Shown: piece after piece, positions 1 to 12,798 of the stretch
Position numbering within the stretch: position 1 is the stretch's first letter
Layout: each line of letters opens with the position of its first letter
NCBI GenBank assembly: GCA_002269645.1
Contig: NIVC01002996.1
Span: 1 to 64,000 of the forward strand
DNA: 64,000 nt
Direction: 5' to 3'
Origin: Macrostomum lignano
Lineage: Eukaryota
The notes under the pieces: model-generated
What the model was told of the DNA's origin: nothing
What the model saw: only the letters and a program-made list of their open reading frames with translations
Databases searched by the model: none
Translations under genes and position numbers: made by a program

Positions 1-244
1 CAATTTTATTAAAAGTCAAGGAAGGGCTCAAGATTTGATTAAGAATGAATCAAGGAAATTCTTTATTAAGTTACCGCATGTTGATAATTTTTTGCCTGAT
101 TTGTTTTTCGATATCTAAATGTAAATTCACAAGGATAAGTCTTTAGCTGTGTCAAAAATTCGTGTTATAGCTAACGCAAAATCTATTTAGATGTGTTTTT
201 ATCATTTCTAGCTTAATTACTGTGCACCAGAATGTGTAGCCGAA

Positions 245-385
245 TGATAAAATAGATTCATAAAACCAAAGTCGAGTTGTTGACATTTTTATGATTTTTA
301 GGAGAGGTCAGAGGACATGCACGTAGAATTTAGGATTAACATAAAATCCTAATTTTATTAACAAAGAGCTTTATGAATTTTCGTC
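245..385 (-). mobile_element. Diverged fragment related to the foldback/MITE at 31113-31811
   Basis: tgataaaatagattcataaaaccaaa...gatttttag...acgtagaat...attaacataaaatcctaatttt aligns by eye to the reverse complement of ~31305-31445. Confidence 0.6.
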
Positions 386-411
386 AAAATTCAGAGCCAC
401 TCTTTCCGCCC

Positions 412-915
412 CTAACCCTGTGGGGTTTTACCCTCCAGAATCCGCCCCCAACCCTGTGGGGTTTTACCCTCCAGAATCCGCCCCCAACCCTGTGGGGTTT
501 TACCCTCCAGAATCCGCCCCCAACCCTGTGGGGTTTTACCCTCCAGAATCCGCCCCCAACCCTGTGGGGTTTTACCCTCCAGAATCCGCCCCCAACCCTG
601 TGGGGTTTTACCCTCCAGAATCCGCCCCCAACCCTGTGGGGTTTTACCCTCCAGAATCCGCCCCCAACCCTGTGGGGTTTTACCCTCCAGAATCCGCCCC
701 CAACCCTGTGGGGTTTTACCCTCCAGAATCCGCCCCCAACCCTGTGGGGTTTTACCCTCCAGAATCCGCCCCCAACCCTGTGGGGTTTTACCCTCCAGAA
801 TCCGCCCCAACCCTGTGGGGTTTTACCCTCCAGAATCCGCCCCCAACCCTGTGGGTTTTTACCCTCCAGAATCCGCCCCCAACCCTGTGGGTTTTTACCC
901 TCCAGAATCCGCCCC
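412..915. repeat. 36-bp minisatellite (ccctgtggggttttaccctccagaatccgcccccaa), ~14 copies
   Basis: Direct tandem copies. It is followed by aaatttctggttgcgctac, which resembles a hAT-MITE right end. Confidence 0.95.
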
Positions 916-1399
916 CTCAACAAATTTCTGGTTGCGCTACTTGCTGTACTGGATGCAGCCAGTGCAGTGACGCGTATTATCGCAAAAACTCGACCAGTCG
1001 TTTTTCGGCCAACCGGAGCATCAATGCGGATCGGGCATAATTTTAAATAAATATTTAATTACTTTACCCTGCTCCAAGTGCTAACAATCATTATCCTTAG
1101 ATTTACCCTTCAGCTAGTTGTGTCGTCTCTTTTTGAAGATATTGGATAGCTGGGCAAAATCCTATAAGTTTTTCTTTTGTATCGTTGGTGAAAAATACCG
1201 AGCATATACGGTTATACTACTTGTAGTATGTAGCTAATTACTCTTTCGATCGTGGCTTCAATGGCCAAAGGGTTATGGACGATATGGACGATTCTGCGAC
1301 GTGACGAATGCTATAATCAGCATAATGTATCATGTATACATAATGTACCATAATGTGCCCGAGACATTATATTTGCACACCCGTGCAATAGTGCTGACA

Positions 1400-4300
1400 T
1401 CTCTTGGCATCGCGGCCAGATCATCATGCCGGGGATGACCTCGGTTGGCTCGGACGGCCGCGCTTCGGCTGCGGCAGCAAAGTTCAGTACAGCAGGGACT
1501 CGCAGAGGTCGGCGCAGTGCAACGTCGGACTGAGCGGTGGCGCGAGCGCAACCGGCGAGGGCGACTCCGTGGCGCGGCCAGGCGCCTGTCGCCCCCAGTC
1601 CCTGCAACTTGAACTATGGATCCGCCGGGTGGCACCGGGGACCACGAGGCCAACCTCCATCTGGCCCCAGCTGTACCAGGTGGCCGCCTCAGGCTCGGCA
1701 CGGCATGCCGAACTCTGAAGGCCCCCTGGCGTCGCACCATCCTTGTCCAGCTGGCCCACGACCTACAGCTGGACCTCCTCTCGCTGCAGGAGGTCTCTAT
1801 CGTGGCTGAGCGGGGGCTCCACTCTGAGGACCTTGGAGCCGGCTGGAGCCTCCTGTACACGTCGACAGACGACCGCGGCCGGGGCGGTGTCAGCGTACTG
1901 ATCGGACCGCGCCTCCAGCAGAGCGTACACTGCATCTCGCTGTCCCGCGACTGATGCGGGTCTACCTGCGACTGCGCGCCCGCTGCATTCGGCTGCTCGG
2001 TGAGGCTCGTGCCTTCTTCGACTTCCTAGCTGGGCAGCTGGAAGAGGTGCCAAACCGCGACACACTGGCAGTGCTTGGAGACCTGAACGCAGTCCTGCAG
2101 AGGTCCGAGCGCTTGCCCTTTGTCGCGGGACGCGAGAACGCCAACACCGATGCACTGGAGGACCTGCTTGACCGGCTGGACCTGGTGTCCGCGAACACCT
2201 AGTTCTGCAAGCCACTGCCCGCCTGGTTACCTTTGCGGGCTGCAAGAGAAGGCGGCGAAACGCACGCGGGCGAAACGCCATGCGAGGAGACTGGCGAAAC
2301 TCTATCATGCGCTGGTTCGCACTCGCGAGCGCCGCCGCGTCACCAACTGCGACACCATGGCTCCACTGGCTCTCCGGTCAGACCATCGACTTCTGCTCTG
2401 CGACTTGCGGCTCCGCGACCATCTCTACCGACCGCCAAAGCAGCGGCCACGGCGCTACTATCGCGCTCTGTTGGACACCCGCGTCAAGCGTCAATTCGAG
2501 GGTGCCTTCGTTGGCGCGCTTGGAGACCAGCGTGAGACGGAGTATTCCGACATCAGCACCGCCGTTAGAGCCGCTGCGGAGCAGACGGTCCCGCTGATGC
2601 GGCCAGCGCAAAAATCGCTGCCTGTCTGGCAGAGCGACCCGACCATCAGGCAAGCGCGGCTCAACATCGAGCGACTCCGCAGAAACCGGCGGCCCACGGG
2701 CGACGCTGAAGACGCATTTGAGCGCCTTCTAGACGAGCGGCAGCAGGCCGCTGTCGACGACGCCGTTAGGTCCATCACTGCAGCCGGCCCAGACGTGAAG
2801 AGCCGCGCAGTGTGGACGGCCGTCCGGTCTATGACGGGCGCAAAAAGCGCGTGGCGCTGAATCTGGCCGGTGACACCTTGGAGGAGCGCAGGAACGAATT
2901 GCGCGACTTCTTCGTCGGCATCGTGAACGCGCCCGCGTTGCCGCTGCCCGTCAGCTTTGCGCTTCCACTGGACACGCCGCTCCCAGCTGAGGAGGACTTC
3001 TGCACCAGCCCAGTCACCACAGAGGACGTTGTGCTGTTCGCTCGGAAAACATCAGGCGGCAAGGCACTCGTCCCGACGAAGTCCCGGTCGAGGCGCTGCG
3101 GCTCCGCTATGTGGCCTTCCAGGTCACAGGCGTCATGAATCGCGTGCTCGCCGGCGCCCCCGCGCCCACCGAGTTTACCGTCGCGCACATCGTGCCGATC
3201 CCGAAGAAGGCAGGGACAACGCGGAAAGCAGACCACCGCGGATCTCGCTGAAGTCCTGCACCGCGAAGCTCTTCAACCGGCTGCTGCTCGATCGTCTCCA
3301 GTCGGTGCTGGATCCGTACCTGCGGTATGAGCAGAACGTATTCCGGCCGCAGCGTGGTCAGTGACACGGATCCTCGCACTCCGCCTTGTCATCGAGGAGG
3401 CGCGCATCCGCCAGTCTACGCTGATCATTGTCTTCGTTGACTTTCGAAAGGCATTTGACTTGGTGTTGAGAGCCGCGCTTCCCTTTGTCCTTCGAGCCTA
3501 TCGGGTACCCCAGCAGCTAGTCGATGCTGTCATGGCGCTGTATTGCGACACTCGAGCTGCTGAGGCGACGGCGGACGGCCTGTCTGACCTGTTCGACACT
3601 TCATCAGGAGTTCTGCTGGGCGACACGCTGGCGCCGTTCCTCTTCGTGCTGCTGCTGGACTGAGTGCTTCGGACCGCTCTCCCCTCGGCTTACGACGGCT
3701 TCCTGCTGCGCAGACGCATCAGTCGCCGCCACGGCGAAAAGCCACGGCGTCTTCGTCCGTTGAAGGAGCCCAGCGCCAGATCGACAGGCTGGTCCAGGTG
3801 GCATCGAGCATCGGTCTGGTTGTCAACACGCTGAAGACCGAGGTGCTGACTGTGCCGGCCGACATCCCAGCGGACCTGACGTGCCGCGGCGCAAACGGGC
3901 AGACGACCAAGCTCGCACGCTGCCAGCGGTTCACCTACCTCGGTGGTCTGGTGCCTCACGTGGAGGAAGACCTCCGGCGGCGCAGAGGACTTGCCTGGGC
4001 GGCCTTCCGCTCGATCCGGGCCGTCGTCCAATCCGAAGCGCTGCCCGCGACCACCAGAGGGCTCGGCTGTGGCAGGCGGTAGTCGAAACCGTCCTGCTGC
4101 TATACAACACCGAGACGTGGACGCTGACAGCTACGCTAGAGCGGTAGCTGGACTCGGCGCACTCAGGGCTGTTCCGTGCTTCGAGCTGACGAGAGCATCG
4201 GGACCGAGACCCTGTACGATCGGGCCAAGCTGCAGCGCCCGTCCACCATCCTGCGCCGGCGGCGACTACAACTGGCGGGCCACGTGATCCGGGCCGAGGG

Positions 4301-4475
4301 CTACTGCCCCTAACCTGTTCAGGACGTCTTATTGCTCACCTTGCAGGGCCCCTTCAGGCGGGGTCAGGCCCGAACCCGTCGATACGCGGACTGCCTGCCG
4401 TGCGACGCTGGGGCGCACGACACTGCCAACGAAGCGGACTTCATTCGCTCCCAGACTCTGCGGCGCGCCATCTGA
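1400..4475 (+). mobile_element. Decayed non-LTR retrotransposon (APE endonuclease + RT), RTE-like
   Basis: APE motifs LSLQEV, LGDLNA, SDHRLL. RT motifs IVPIPKK, KLFNRLLLDRL, FVDFRKAFD, GVLLGDTLAPFLF. Downstream LLYNTETWTL and RLQLAGHVIR are typical of RTE. Multiple stops and frameshifts; the YADD segment is absent. The 5' boundary is approximate. Confidence 0.9.
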
Positions 4476-4896
4476 CGCGCCCTACTCTAAATGTGACTTT
4501 GCGTGCGGAGTAGCGTATTTTGTTTTTGTTTGTTGTAATGTATGGATAAAGTATGTAGTATTTTGTGTAAAAGATCACAAACAAGTCTAGCCGCTTAACA
4601 GTGAATGCTAAATGGTAAAGTTTTCGCCTATTTTTTATTAACAAGACAAATTTTAAACCACTACTCGCCAACATTACACTATTTGTGAATAAATTGTTTT
4701 AATCCTACATTTGAGCGTGAAAACTTTCTAGGAAAAGCGACTTGACTGTACAAATAAGTCGCGAAAGAAATCTGTATCTGCTTACTTACTTGTTTGAATA
4801 ATAAAATTAGGCTGCAATCGGTTTAAGACATCGTTAAAGTGCAAAAATTTTGTAATAAATTTTATAGATTCGCTGTTCATCTCGAATAACATCAGA

Positions 4897-7800
4897 ATGG
4901 ACAAAAATGAGTCTGGTGACTCCTATGAAGAAAAGCCAGGTTCAGAAAAGTTGGAGAAGAAAGTAATTGGTAAGCAGCGCATATTATCTTAGAGTTTTAT
5001 ATGATACTTATTGATACTTTGTGTGTACATCATACTAGAATTAAAAAAATGAATCTGTATTTTTATTTATTATTTAAATAGGTTTTCAGAGTCTGAAAAA
5101 ATCATAGGAAGAGTCAAGAAAATATTATCTCAATTTGTCTGAATCCTTTGGTTTATTAATGCCATTGCATTAATGACCATAATAAATTGAAGCCCAATTG
5201 CAATGCATAAAGATTTTGATAGAATGTCTACTACAGAATCCCTAGTGCGATCAGAATAGTGGTAATACACCATAGTTTGAATTGTTATTAGTGTACACTG
5301 GGTCAAATGGGGTAAAAAGTATAGGATGTAGGCCATAGTCCGGATCATGCTGGACTTACACCGGAGGAAAAATCCAACATTTTTTGGCACTTATGCCAGA
5401 CTTACACCAACCAAAAAAGGTCCCTCTGACTTATGCCACCCAAAAAAGGTCCCTCACAATTCTTGTGAATAGATAGAATAGATTATTTACAATGAATCGG
5501 TGATTAATTAAATTCAGAAGTTGCAACTGTTTAAAAATCTCACAAGTTGCAAATTCTGAATCAAGAATCAAAGTAAGCATCTTGAAGCTAAAAAAACTTT
5601 TGCTATCCTACAATAGATATTCTGCTATCTCATTCATACGAACTGCAATATTTTAATGAACTTTGTTTTAATGCTGCTCTTTAACATCATAATTAATGCA
5701 AATGTGTAATGTTCTATAGTGATACATTTGATCGTGAATGATCTCATTTGTGCCAACATTTATGCCACTTGATTTATGCCATGTACTTACGCCAAGCACT
5801 TACGCCAAAGCACATTTTGGCCTATACTTACGCCAAGCACTTATGCCAGCCTCTGATCCCAAACCAGATTTACGCCGGAGATCTCTGGCGTAAACGACAT
5901 GATCCAGACTATGGGATGTAGGACCACATTTGTATGCTAGGACTATAAAAATGTTTTCAACTATGTATGCCAAAGTTTTACACTTTTATTTTTGAATTTA
6001 TTATGCAAAATAGGCCTATAAAGTAAAAAATCATGCACTTTTGCAATGTACACAGAGAAAGGACAAATGTAAAAGAAGTAAGGCCTACTGTAAATATTTT
6101 TTATTTGCTAAAATAGAGAAAAAGAAGTTTTTAAGGCATAAAGTTTAAAATGTTTTTTTATTAGGCCTATTCCTTGTTCCATTTTGAAATATTGATAGTG
6201 TTGTATATAGTATATTTTATGTAGTCACTTTATTTGATCCTAACCCATATTGCGGAAGGTTTTCTGTGTATGCCGGACACATTTTTATTGAATTTTCAAT
6301 TGTACGCCAACATATTTTAAATGTACACCAACTTAAAAAACGGTAAAAAATCATCAAATATTTAAATTTCAAATTTAACTACAAAAAATTGATAACCATA
6401 TGACGATTGTCGTGACAATTCCAGTAATTAAAATGATTGGTAAATGAGAAAATAGTAGCAAAAAAATGTTTTTGAAATAACTTAACATAGAAAAAGCACA
6501 AAAAATTCTTTATATTAATTTCTATGCCAGTTGCCATATACCACACTGTACGCCACACTGTACACAGCCAAGAAATGTATGCTGATGTACACCACGGAAA
6601 TCAAGTGTATGCCGGAATTTTCTGGCGTACACCCCACCATCCACAAAATGGATCCTAACATGTATGTAATTATGCCACAGAAATAAGCCAGAAATTTTCT
6701 ACTGTGTTTATGTACACTAGGATATATGCTGATGTATGCTAAAAAATGGCAAATACTTTATTGTATGCTAGGAAATCCCAGTATATATGTTGCCTTCCAA
6801 ACTATGAGTAGTGCAGTGTGGTATGGTATATTATGGCATGGCATGGTATGACTTATATCAGCAGTTCTCAACCTTTTTAGGCAACCTTAATTTATTTACA
6901 TAAATTTAATGTTCGCGACCCCTTTTATAATCAATATAATGTATTATTAAGTATGATATACTCACACATTTCTTAGTGCTGCGACCCCTAGAAATATTTT
7001 ATATTTCAGTATGTTGTGCTATGACTTAAAAAAGTAAGGTTTAATTATGCTTCCACTTGCTCAATAACTGCTTCCATTTGCTCAATAACTGCTTCCATTT
7101 GCTCAAGGCTGCTTCCATTCGCTCAAAGCTGCTTCCATTTGCTCAAAGCTGCTTCCATTCGCTCAAAGCTGCTTCCATTTGCTCAAAGCTGCTTCCATTT
7201 GCTCAAAGCTGCTTCCATTCGCTCAAAGCTGCTTCCATTCGCTCAAGGCTGCTTCCATTTGCTCAAAGCTGCTTCCATTTGCTCAAAGCTGCTTCCATTC
7301 GCTCAAAGCTGCTTCCACTTGCTCAAAGCTGCTTCCATTCGCTCAAAGCTGCTTCCATTCGCTCAAAGCTGCTTCCACTTGCTCAAAGCTGCTTCCACTT
7401 GCTCAAAGCTGCTTCCACTTGCTCAAAGCTTCACAATTTGTGAAATTCAGAGCTTTTGAAATGTGTCTGTCTCAGTTCCAATAGACTACTCATAGTACTA
7501 TATCAAAATCTCTAGTGTCTGCCGCTGCCCCCTCCCCCCCCCTAGCAACAAGCGTGTCCGGCACAGTCAAGTGGTTCAACGTGAAGAATGGCTACGGCTT
7601 CATCAACAGGGACGACACCAAGCAGGACGTGTTTGTGCACCAGTCCGCCATTGCCAAGAACAACCCGGCTAAGTGGAAGCGCAGCGTCGGCGAAAACGAA
7701 CGAGTCGAATTCGACGTTGTACAAGGGCCCAAAGGCGAGGAAGCCACCAATGTGACCGGGCCGGACGGGGCCGCCGTCCAGGGCAGCGAGTACGCGTCCG

Positions 7801-9829
7801 AGAGGCGCGGCGGACGGCGGTTCAGAGGCGGCCGCAGCCGTAGACGGCCCTACGGCGGTCGGGGCGGAGACGGACCGCCGGTTAGAGCTCTTTGGTGCCT
7901 GCCCAGTTCCCCAATTCCAGTTCTCCAACCCCAGTTCCCCAACCCCGGTTCCCCAATTCCAGTTCTCCAACCCCAGTTCCCCAACCCCGGTTCCCCAATT
8001 CCAGTTCCCCAACCCCAGTTCCCCAACCCCAGTTCCCCAACCCCGGTTCCCCAATTCCAGTTCTCCAACCCCAGTTCCCCAACCCCGGTTCCCCAATTCC
8101 AGTTCTCCAACCCCAGTTCCCCAACCCCGGTTCCCCAATTCCAGTTCTCCAACCCCAGTTCCCCAACCCCGGTTCCCCAATTCCAGTTCCCCAACCCCAG
8201 TTCCCCAACCCCAGTTCCCCAACCCCAGTTCCCCAACCCCGGTTCCCCAATTCCAGTTCCCCAACCCCAGTTCCCCTACCCCAGTTCCCCAACCCCGGTT
8301 CCCCAACCCCGGTTCCCCAATTCCAGTTCCCCAACCCCAGTTCCCCTACCCCAGTTCCCCAACCCCAGTTCCCCAACCCCGGTTCACCAATTTCAGTTCT
8401 CCAACCCCAGTTCCCCAACCCCGGTTCACCAATTTCAGTTCTCCAACCCCAGTTCCCCAACCCCGGTTCCCCAATTCCAGTTCCCCAACCCCAGTTCCCC
8501 AACCCCAGTTCCCCAACCCCGGTTCCCCAATTCCAGTTCCCCAACCCCAGTTCCCCAACCCCAGTTCCCCAACCCCGGTTCCCCAATTCCAGTTCCCCAA
8601 CCCCAGTTCCCCTACCCCAGTTCCCAACCCCAGTTCCCCAATTCCAGTTCTCCAACCCCAGTTCCCCAACCCCGGTTCCCCAATTCCAGTTCTCCAACCC
8701 CAGTTCCCCAACCCCGGTTCCCCAATTCCAGTTCCCCAACCCAGTTCCCCAACCCCAGTTCCCCAACCCCAGTTCCCCAACCCCAGTTCCCTAACCCCGG
8801 TTCCCCAACCCCCCATCCCTAACCCCAGTTCCCCAACCCCCATACCTAACCCCAGTTCCCCAACCCCCATCCCTAACCCCAGTTCCCCAACCCCAGTTCC
8901 CCAATTCCAGTTCCCCAACCCCAGTTCCCCAACCCCAGTTCCCCAACCCCCCATCCCTAACCCCAGTTCCCCAACCCCAGTTCCCCAACCCCAGTTCCCC
9001 AACCCCAGTCCCCTAACCCCGGTTCCCCAACCCCCCATCCGTAACCCCAGTTCCCCAACCCCCCATCCCTAACCCCAGTTCCCCAACCCCCCATCCCTAA
9101 CCCCAGTTCCCTAACCCCGGTTCCCTAACCCAGTTCCCAAACCCCAGTTACCCGAATCCCCTAACCTTGCCGCTCCCTCAAACTCTTCCAGATCCCCAGT
9201 CAGCCGCCCCACTCTCCCATTTCAGATGAAGCAGGGCCTGCCAGATGCGCCGCCCCCGCCTCCCAGTAGAGGCGGCGTGGCGCCCCGCCGCCGGCCCTAC
9301 ACGATGGGGCCGCCTGCTGCTGCTGGCGGCGGCCGCGGTGGTGGCGGGCCCCCCTTCCAGCCGAGGCCTCCGCCAGAGGAATTCAGCGATCGTGGCGGCT
9401 ATAGCGGCGGTCGTGGTGGCTACGGCGGCGGCCGCGGTGGTGGCGGGCCCCCCTTCCAGCCGAGGCCTCCGCCAGAGGAATTCAGCGATCGTGGCGGCTA
9501 CGGCGGCGGCCGTGGTGGCTACGGCGGCGGCCGTGGCGGCTACGGCGGCGGCCGTGGAGGCTACCGCGGCTATAGCGGCCGCGGCGGCCAGTGGAGCAGA
9601 GGCGGCGGCTCACGGAGACGCGGTAGTGGTCGCTATCCACTGCGGGGTGGAGAGGTGAGAGTGAACCGCCCTCTGTTCCCTGAATAATCGCCCTCTGCTC
9701 CCCGAATAATCGCCCTCTGCTCCCTGAATAATCGCCCTCTGCTCCCCGAATATTCGCCCTCTGCTCCCTAAGCAGCAGCCGTTTATTCCCAACCCGCAGG
9801 GAGCAGCGCAGGGAGAGTCGGAGGCGTGA
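4897..9829 (+). CDS. YBX: Y-box binding protein (cold-shock domain + RGG-rich C-terminus), 4 coding exons
   Basis: Exons 4897-4969 (MDKNES...EKKVI G|gtaag), 7546-7880 (ag|CA ACA; [28 protein letters not shown]), 9226-9654 (RGG/RGGY), 9773-9829 (stop TGA). Phases are consistent. The intron at KKVIA|T matches the conserved Y-box intron position. Confidence 0.9.
5271..6806. mobile_element. Probable outer non-autonomous DNA transposon hosting the MITE (termini catagtttg...caaactatg)
   Basis: Short inverted termini and many TATGC/TACAC subterminal motifs. 6790-6806 is the exact reverse complement of 63478-63494. No TSD found. Confidence 0.45.
5333..5914. mobile_element. MITE with TIR ccatagtc(c/t)ggatcatg and 8-bp TSD GATGTAGG, in Y-box intron 1
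   Basis: TIRs at 5333 and 5914. TSD at 5325-5332 and 5915-5922. Internal TTA(C/T)GCCA motifs. Confidence 0.8.
7052..7430. repeat. 21-bp minisatellite (gctcaaagctgcttccatt[t/c]) in Y-box intron 1
   Basis: Direct tandem copies. Confidence 0.95.
7899..9150. repeat. C-rich complex minisatellite (ccccaacccc[a/g]gtt / ccccaattccagtt) filling Y-box intron 2
   Basis: Tandem copies between the donor at 7881 and the acceptor at 9225. It has ccctaaccc variants at the 3' end. Confidence 0.95.
9665..9770. repeat. 22-bp repeat (gaataatcgccctctgctcccc) filling Y-box intron 3
   Basis: 4-5 tandem copies between the donor at 9655 and the acceptor at 9772. Confidence 0.9.
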
Positions 9830-10310
9830 CCAGCTTAACTGGCTGCCCGCAGCTGAGCTGTCCGTGATGCACCGGACTGCGGCATTGCATGCGAACTCGT
9901 TCATACTCGACACTGGGACCCGTCCTTCACCCAGAGCTCCCCGGCCCGCTTGCCCAGGCTTCCCCCCACTCAGTTTTTCTATAGCTATTTGTATTGATGG
10001 TTAAATTGTTGCTATAACGAATTCATAAATATATTTGCAATCATATGCCGCTGGGTTAGTAGAGAGCCGACAGCTGCTCTGCAGACTGACTGCTTCACGG
10101 GCTGGCAGCTGTGATTTCAGTGTTGGACAATTGCTTAGAGCGGCGGCTTGGAACAAAAAGCAAATCGAGTAAGGCTTGTTTTCTGAGTGCCTTTTGATTT
10201 TTACCTGCGCTTGCTAAACTGAAATATTCATGCGTCACTTAATCTCCTCAGTCTCGTTGAGAAAACCTGCGGACTACTCGAAAGTTGGATTCGATCTTGA
10301 TGAATTCAAC

Positions 10311-12208
10311 ACACCAGGAGAATCGCCCTTCCATCCACCTGGAGAATCGCCCTTCATCCACCAGGAGAATCGCCCTTCCATCCACAGGAGAATCGCCCTT
10401 CCATCCACCAGGAGAATCGCCCTTCCATCCACCAGGAGAATCGCCCTTCCATCCACCAGGAGAATCGCCCTTCCATCCACCAGGAGAATCGCCCTTCCAT
10501 CCACCAGGAGAATCGCCCTTCCATCCACAGGAGAATCGCCCTTCCATCCACAGGAGAATCGCCCTTCCATCCACAGGAGAATCGCCCTTCCATCCACAGG
10601 AGAATCGCCCTTCCATCCACCAGGAGAATCGCCCTTCCATCCACCAGGAGAATCGCCCTTCCATCCACCAGGAGAATCGCCCTTCCATCCACCAGGAGAA
10701 TCGCCCTTCCATCCACAGGAGAATCGCCCTTCCATCCACAGGAGAATCGCCCTCCATCCACCAGGAGAATCGCCCTTCCATCCACCAGGAGAATCGCCCT
10801 TCCATCCACAGGAGAATCGCCCTTCCATCCACCAGGAGAATCGCCCTTCCATCCACAGGAGAATCGCCCTTCCATCCACAGGAGAATCGCCCTTCCATCC
10901 ACAGGAGAATCGCCCTTCCATCCACAGGAGAATCGCCTTCCATCCACCAGGAGAATCGCCCTTCCATCCACCAGGAGAATCGCCCTTCCATCCACCAGGA
11001 GAATCGCCCTTCCATCCACCAGGAGAATCGCCCTTCCATCCACAGGAGAATCGCCCTTCCATCCACAGGAGAATCGCCCTTCCATCCACAGGAGAATCGC
11101 CCTTCCATCCACAGGAGAATCGCCCTTCCATCCACAGGAGAATCGCCTTCCATCCACCAGGAGAATCGCCCTTCCATCCACCAGGAGAATCGCCCTTCCA
11201 TCCACAGGAGAATCGCCCTTCCATCCACCAGGAGAATCGCCCTTCCATCCACAGGAGAATCGCCCTTCCATCCAACAGGAGAATCGCCCTTCCATCCACA
11301 GGAGAATCGCCCTTCCATCCACAGGAGAATCGCCCTTCCATCCACCAGGAGAATCGCCCTTCCATCCACCAGGAGAATCGCCCTTCCATCCACAGGAGAA
11401 TCGCCCTTCCATCCACAGGAGAATCGCCCTTCCATCCACCAGGAGAATCGCCCTTCCATCCACCAGGAGAATCGCCCTTCCATCCACAGGAGAATCGCCC
11501 TTCCATCCACAGGAGAATCGCCCTTCCATCCACAGGAGAATCGCCCTTCCATCCACAGGAGAATCGCCCTTCCATCCACAGGAGAATCGCCCTTCCATCC
11601 ACCAGGAGAATCGCCCTTCCATCCACAGGAGAATCGCCCTTCCATCCACAGGAGAATCGCCCTTCCATCCACAGGAGAATCGCCCTTCCATCCACAGGAG
11701 AATCGCCCTTCCATCCACAGGAGAATCGCCCTTCCATCCACAGGAGAATCGCCCTTCCATCCACAGGAGAATCGCCCTTCCATCCACCAGGAGAATCGCC
11801 CTTCCATCCACGGGAGAATCGCCTTCCATCCACCAGGAGATTTGCCCTTCCATCCACAGGAGAATCGCCCTTCCATCCACAGGAGAATCGCCCTTCCATC
11901 CACAGGAGAATCGCCCTTCCATTCACAGGAGAATCGCCTTCCATCCACAGGAGAATCGCCCTTCCATCCACCAGGAGAATCGCCCTTCCATCCACGGGAG
12001 AATCGCCTTCCATCCACCAGGAGAATCGCCCTTCCATCCACAGGAGAATCGCCCTTCCATCCACAGGAGAATCGCCCTTCCATCCACAGGAGAATCGCCC
12101 TTCCATTCACAGGAGAATCGCCTTCCATCCACAGGAGAATCGCCCTTCAATCCACAGGAGAATCGCCCTTCCATCCACAGGAGAATCGCCCTTCCATCCA
12201 CAGGAGAA
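10311..12208. repeat. 23/24-bp intergenic minisatellite (ccac[c]aggagaatcgcccttccat), ~1.9 kb
   Basis: Highly homogeneous tandem array; it produces the long spurious ORFs in all frames. Confidence 0.97.
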
Positions 12209-12798
12209 TGGTTCTTCATGCCTCATCACTTAGAGTACATGACGAAGTACGGCTGTTCACCTGTAGATATCAAATCAGTCTGTAGATTAGAATCCCCTGT
12301 CTGCGCAAAACGGCCAATCCCGGGCAGAATCTGATTAAAAATCGCAGAGCCTGACGGCAGCTCGAGAGGGGATGGGTGGCTTGAGCCCGGCTCAGTCTGC
12401 TTCATTCCCATCGAGTTTTTGCGCCGATATGCCTAAAAAATCGGGGGTCTGTGTTTTGCTGCCATGGAAACGGAAATGACGCGTGCCGATTGAGAGCTGG
12501 CGCGAGTATGCCGCCAGTTTCCGCGTGACCTGCTGCTCAAATTGCAGTCGAATTTGAGTCCCCTGCATTCGCCTGGCCATCTCCGGCCTCCGCACTCCCA
12601 CCTGCGAAGGGAGCGCGCGGGAGGCGAGGCCGGCAGCTGATTGCTAACTGGGGGAGATGAGGCACGATCGAATGGGATGCTGGAGGGGGTGGGGCTCCCC
12701 GATCTCTCAAATGCTGTAGCCAGCGGGGCAGAAGCGGACTGTGACACAGACTGCACTTCACCTCTCCGGCGGGTGGAACTACAGCTCAGCGCAGCCCC

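Noticed and set aside
1400-1445. HDV-like ribozyme at the LINE 5' end
   Set aside because: ggcat/atgcc and tcatc/gatga can pair, but I could not find P3/L3, P1.1 or the J4/2 catalytic C.
7882-9038. Pro-rich and Gly/Trp-rich ORFs extending the Y-box CSD exon
   Set aside because: They are intron 2 minisatellite; the donor at 7881 and acceptor at 9225 give a coherent Y-box protein.
10230-12285. 600+ aa ORFs in several frames
   Set aside because: These are translations of a stop-free 23/24-bp minisatellite, open on both strands, with no domain content.
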